A stretch of 64,000 nt of DNA from Desulfatiglandales bacterium. Its GTDB lineage: Bacteria > Desulfobacterota > DSM-4660 > Desulfatiglandales > Desulfatiglandaceae. This document shows positions 63,471 through 64,000 of the stretch, piece by piece. Positions within the stretch are counted from its first letter, which is position 1. Every line of letters starts with the position of its first letter. The position numbers and the translations under genes are program-made. The notes under the pieces were generated by a model. The model was given only the letters and a program-made list of their open reading frames with translations. It was not told the origin of the DNA and ran no database searches. The stretch is taken from contig OY759599.1 of assembly GCA_963662465.1 (NCBI GenBank), positions 1,024,001 to 1,088,000 on the forward strand. Direction: 5' to 3'.

Positions 63471-64000
63471 ATGAAAATTCTGATTGTCGATGATGATAAA
63501 AGACTGTGCGGACTTGTGGCGGACTACCTGGAGCCCATGGGGTATGCGGTAAAAAAAGCCCATAACGGGCCGGAAGGACTGAAAATGATCCTTGAGGGGG
63601 ACTTCCATGCGGTTATCCTGGACGTGATGATGCCGCAAATGGACGGATTCGAGGTGTTAAAACGAGTGCGCAAGGAATCCGACATACCGGTTTTGATGCT
63701 GACGGCCCGAGGTGATGAGACGGACAGAATCGTAGGGCTTGAGTTGGGAGCGGATGATTATTTACCCAAGACCTTTTCTTCACGGGAGCTTTTGGCGCGT
63801 CTTCGTGCGGTCACGCGCCGATATGACGTATCCGAACGCAGGGCCGCGGATTCTGGTAACATATTGATATTCGGCAGTTTGCAAATCGAGAAAGAGTCCC
63901 GAACCGTTCGTATGGATGACAAAACCCTGAACCTGACCCCTCTCGAATACGATTTATTGACGAGTCTTGCCGATTCCGCCGGACGGGTTCTGACGCGGGA
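63471..64000 (+). CDS. Second OmpR/CpxR-family response regulator, 3'-truncated by the window (not in the ORF track)
   Basis: MKILIVDDDKRLCGLVADYLEPMGY...LDVMMPQMDG...GADDYLPKTFSSRELLARLR. Confidence 0.93.
   Translation, partial: MKILIVDDDKRLCGLVADYLEPMGYAVKKAHNGPEGLKMILEGDFHAVILDVMMPQMDGFEVLKRVRKESDIPVLMLTARGDETDRIVGLELGADDYLPKTFSSRELLARLRAVTRRYDVSERRAADSGNILIFGSLQIEKESRTVRMDDKTLNLTPLEYDLLTSLADSAGRVLTR

Noticed and set aside
1..64000. CRISPR array, tRNA or rRNA genes
   Set aside because: No regularly spaced repeat-spacer array, cas gene or recognisable structural RNA seen by eye; a covariance search would be needed to exclude small RNAs.

Overview
This window looks like an anaerobic Desulfobacterota-type genome; that is an inference from the Hdr/Mvh/Nuo selenoproteins, not a taxonomic assignment. 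It has four parts. (1) 1-19 kb: the 3' end of a large NRPS (A-NMT-T, C-A-T, C-A-T, TE; hand-read codes suggest N-Me-Phe, Pro, aromatic), an AAA ATPase between 108-bp direct repeats, an RsbW/SpoIIE/STAS partner-switching trio and a SNF2 helicase. (2) 19-42 kb: a heavily rearranged accessory region. It holds many gene fragments, an ECF sigma with a CBM48-bearing anti-sigma, a broken thaumatin-like gene, a full and a miniature IS91-type element, a DDE IS, REP-carrying MITEs with 8-bp target duplications, a fused BrnT-antitoxin ORF, and a LigA-type ligase with an apparent signal peptide and no BRCT. (3) 44.3-56.6 kb: a putative sigma-54 operon for a soluble redox complex: Cys-rich GcvH-like protein, short Sec-HdrA N-fragment, NuoE, NuoF, NuoG(N)-HdrA-GcvH-like fusion, Sec-MvhD-wHTH and Sec-HdrA. 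It contains three in-frame TGA codons with SECIS-like hairpins missed by the ORF track, both GcvH-like domains lack the lipoyl lysine, and there is no HdrBC in the cluster. This operon is the best candidate for an undescribed system. (4) 57-64 kb: an exported fibre-like protein with an S74-type chaperone, a PfkB kinase, a histidine kinase and two divergent CpxR-like regulators. All domain calls are by eye; no database searches were run.
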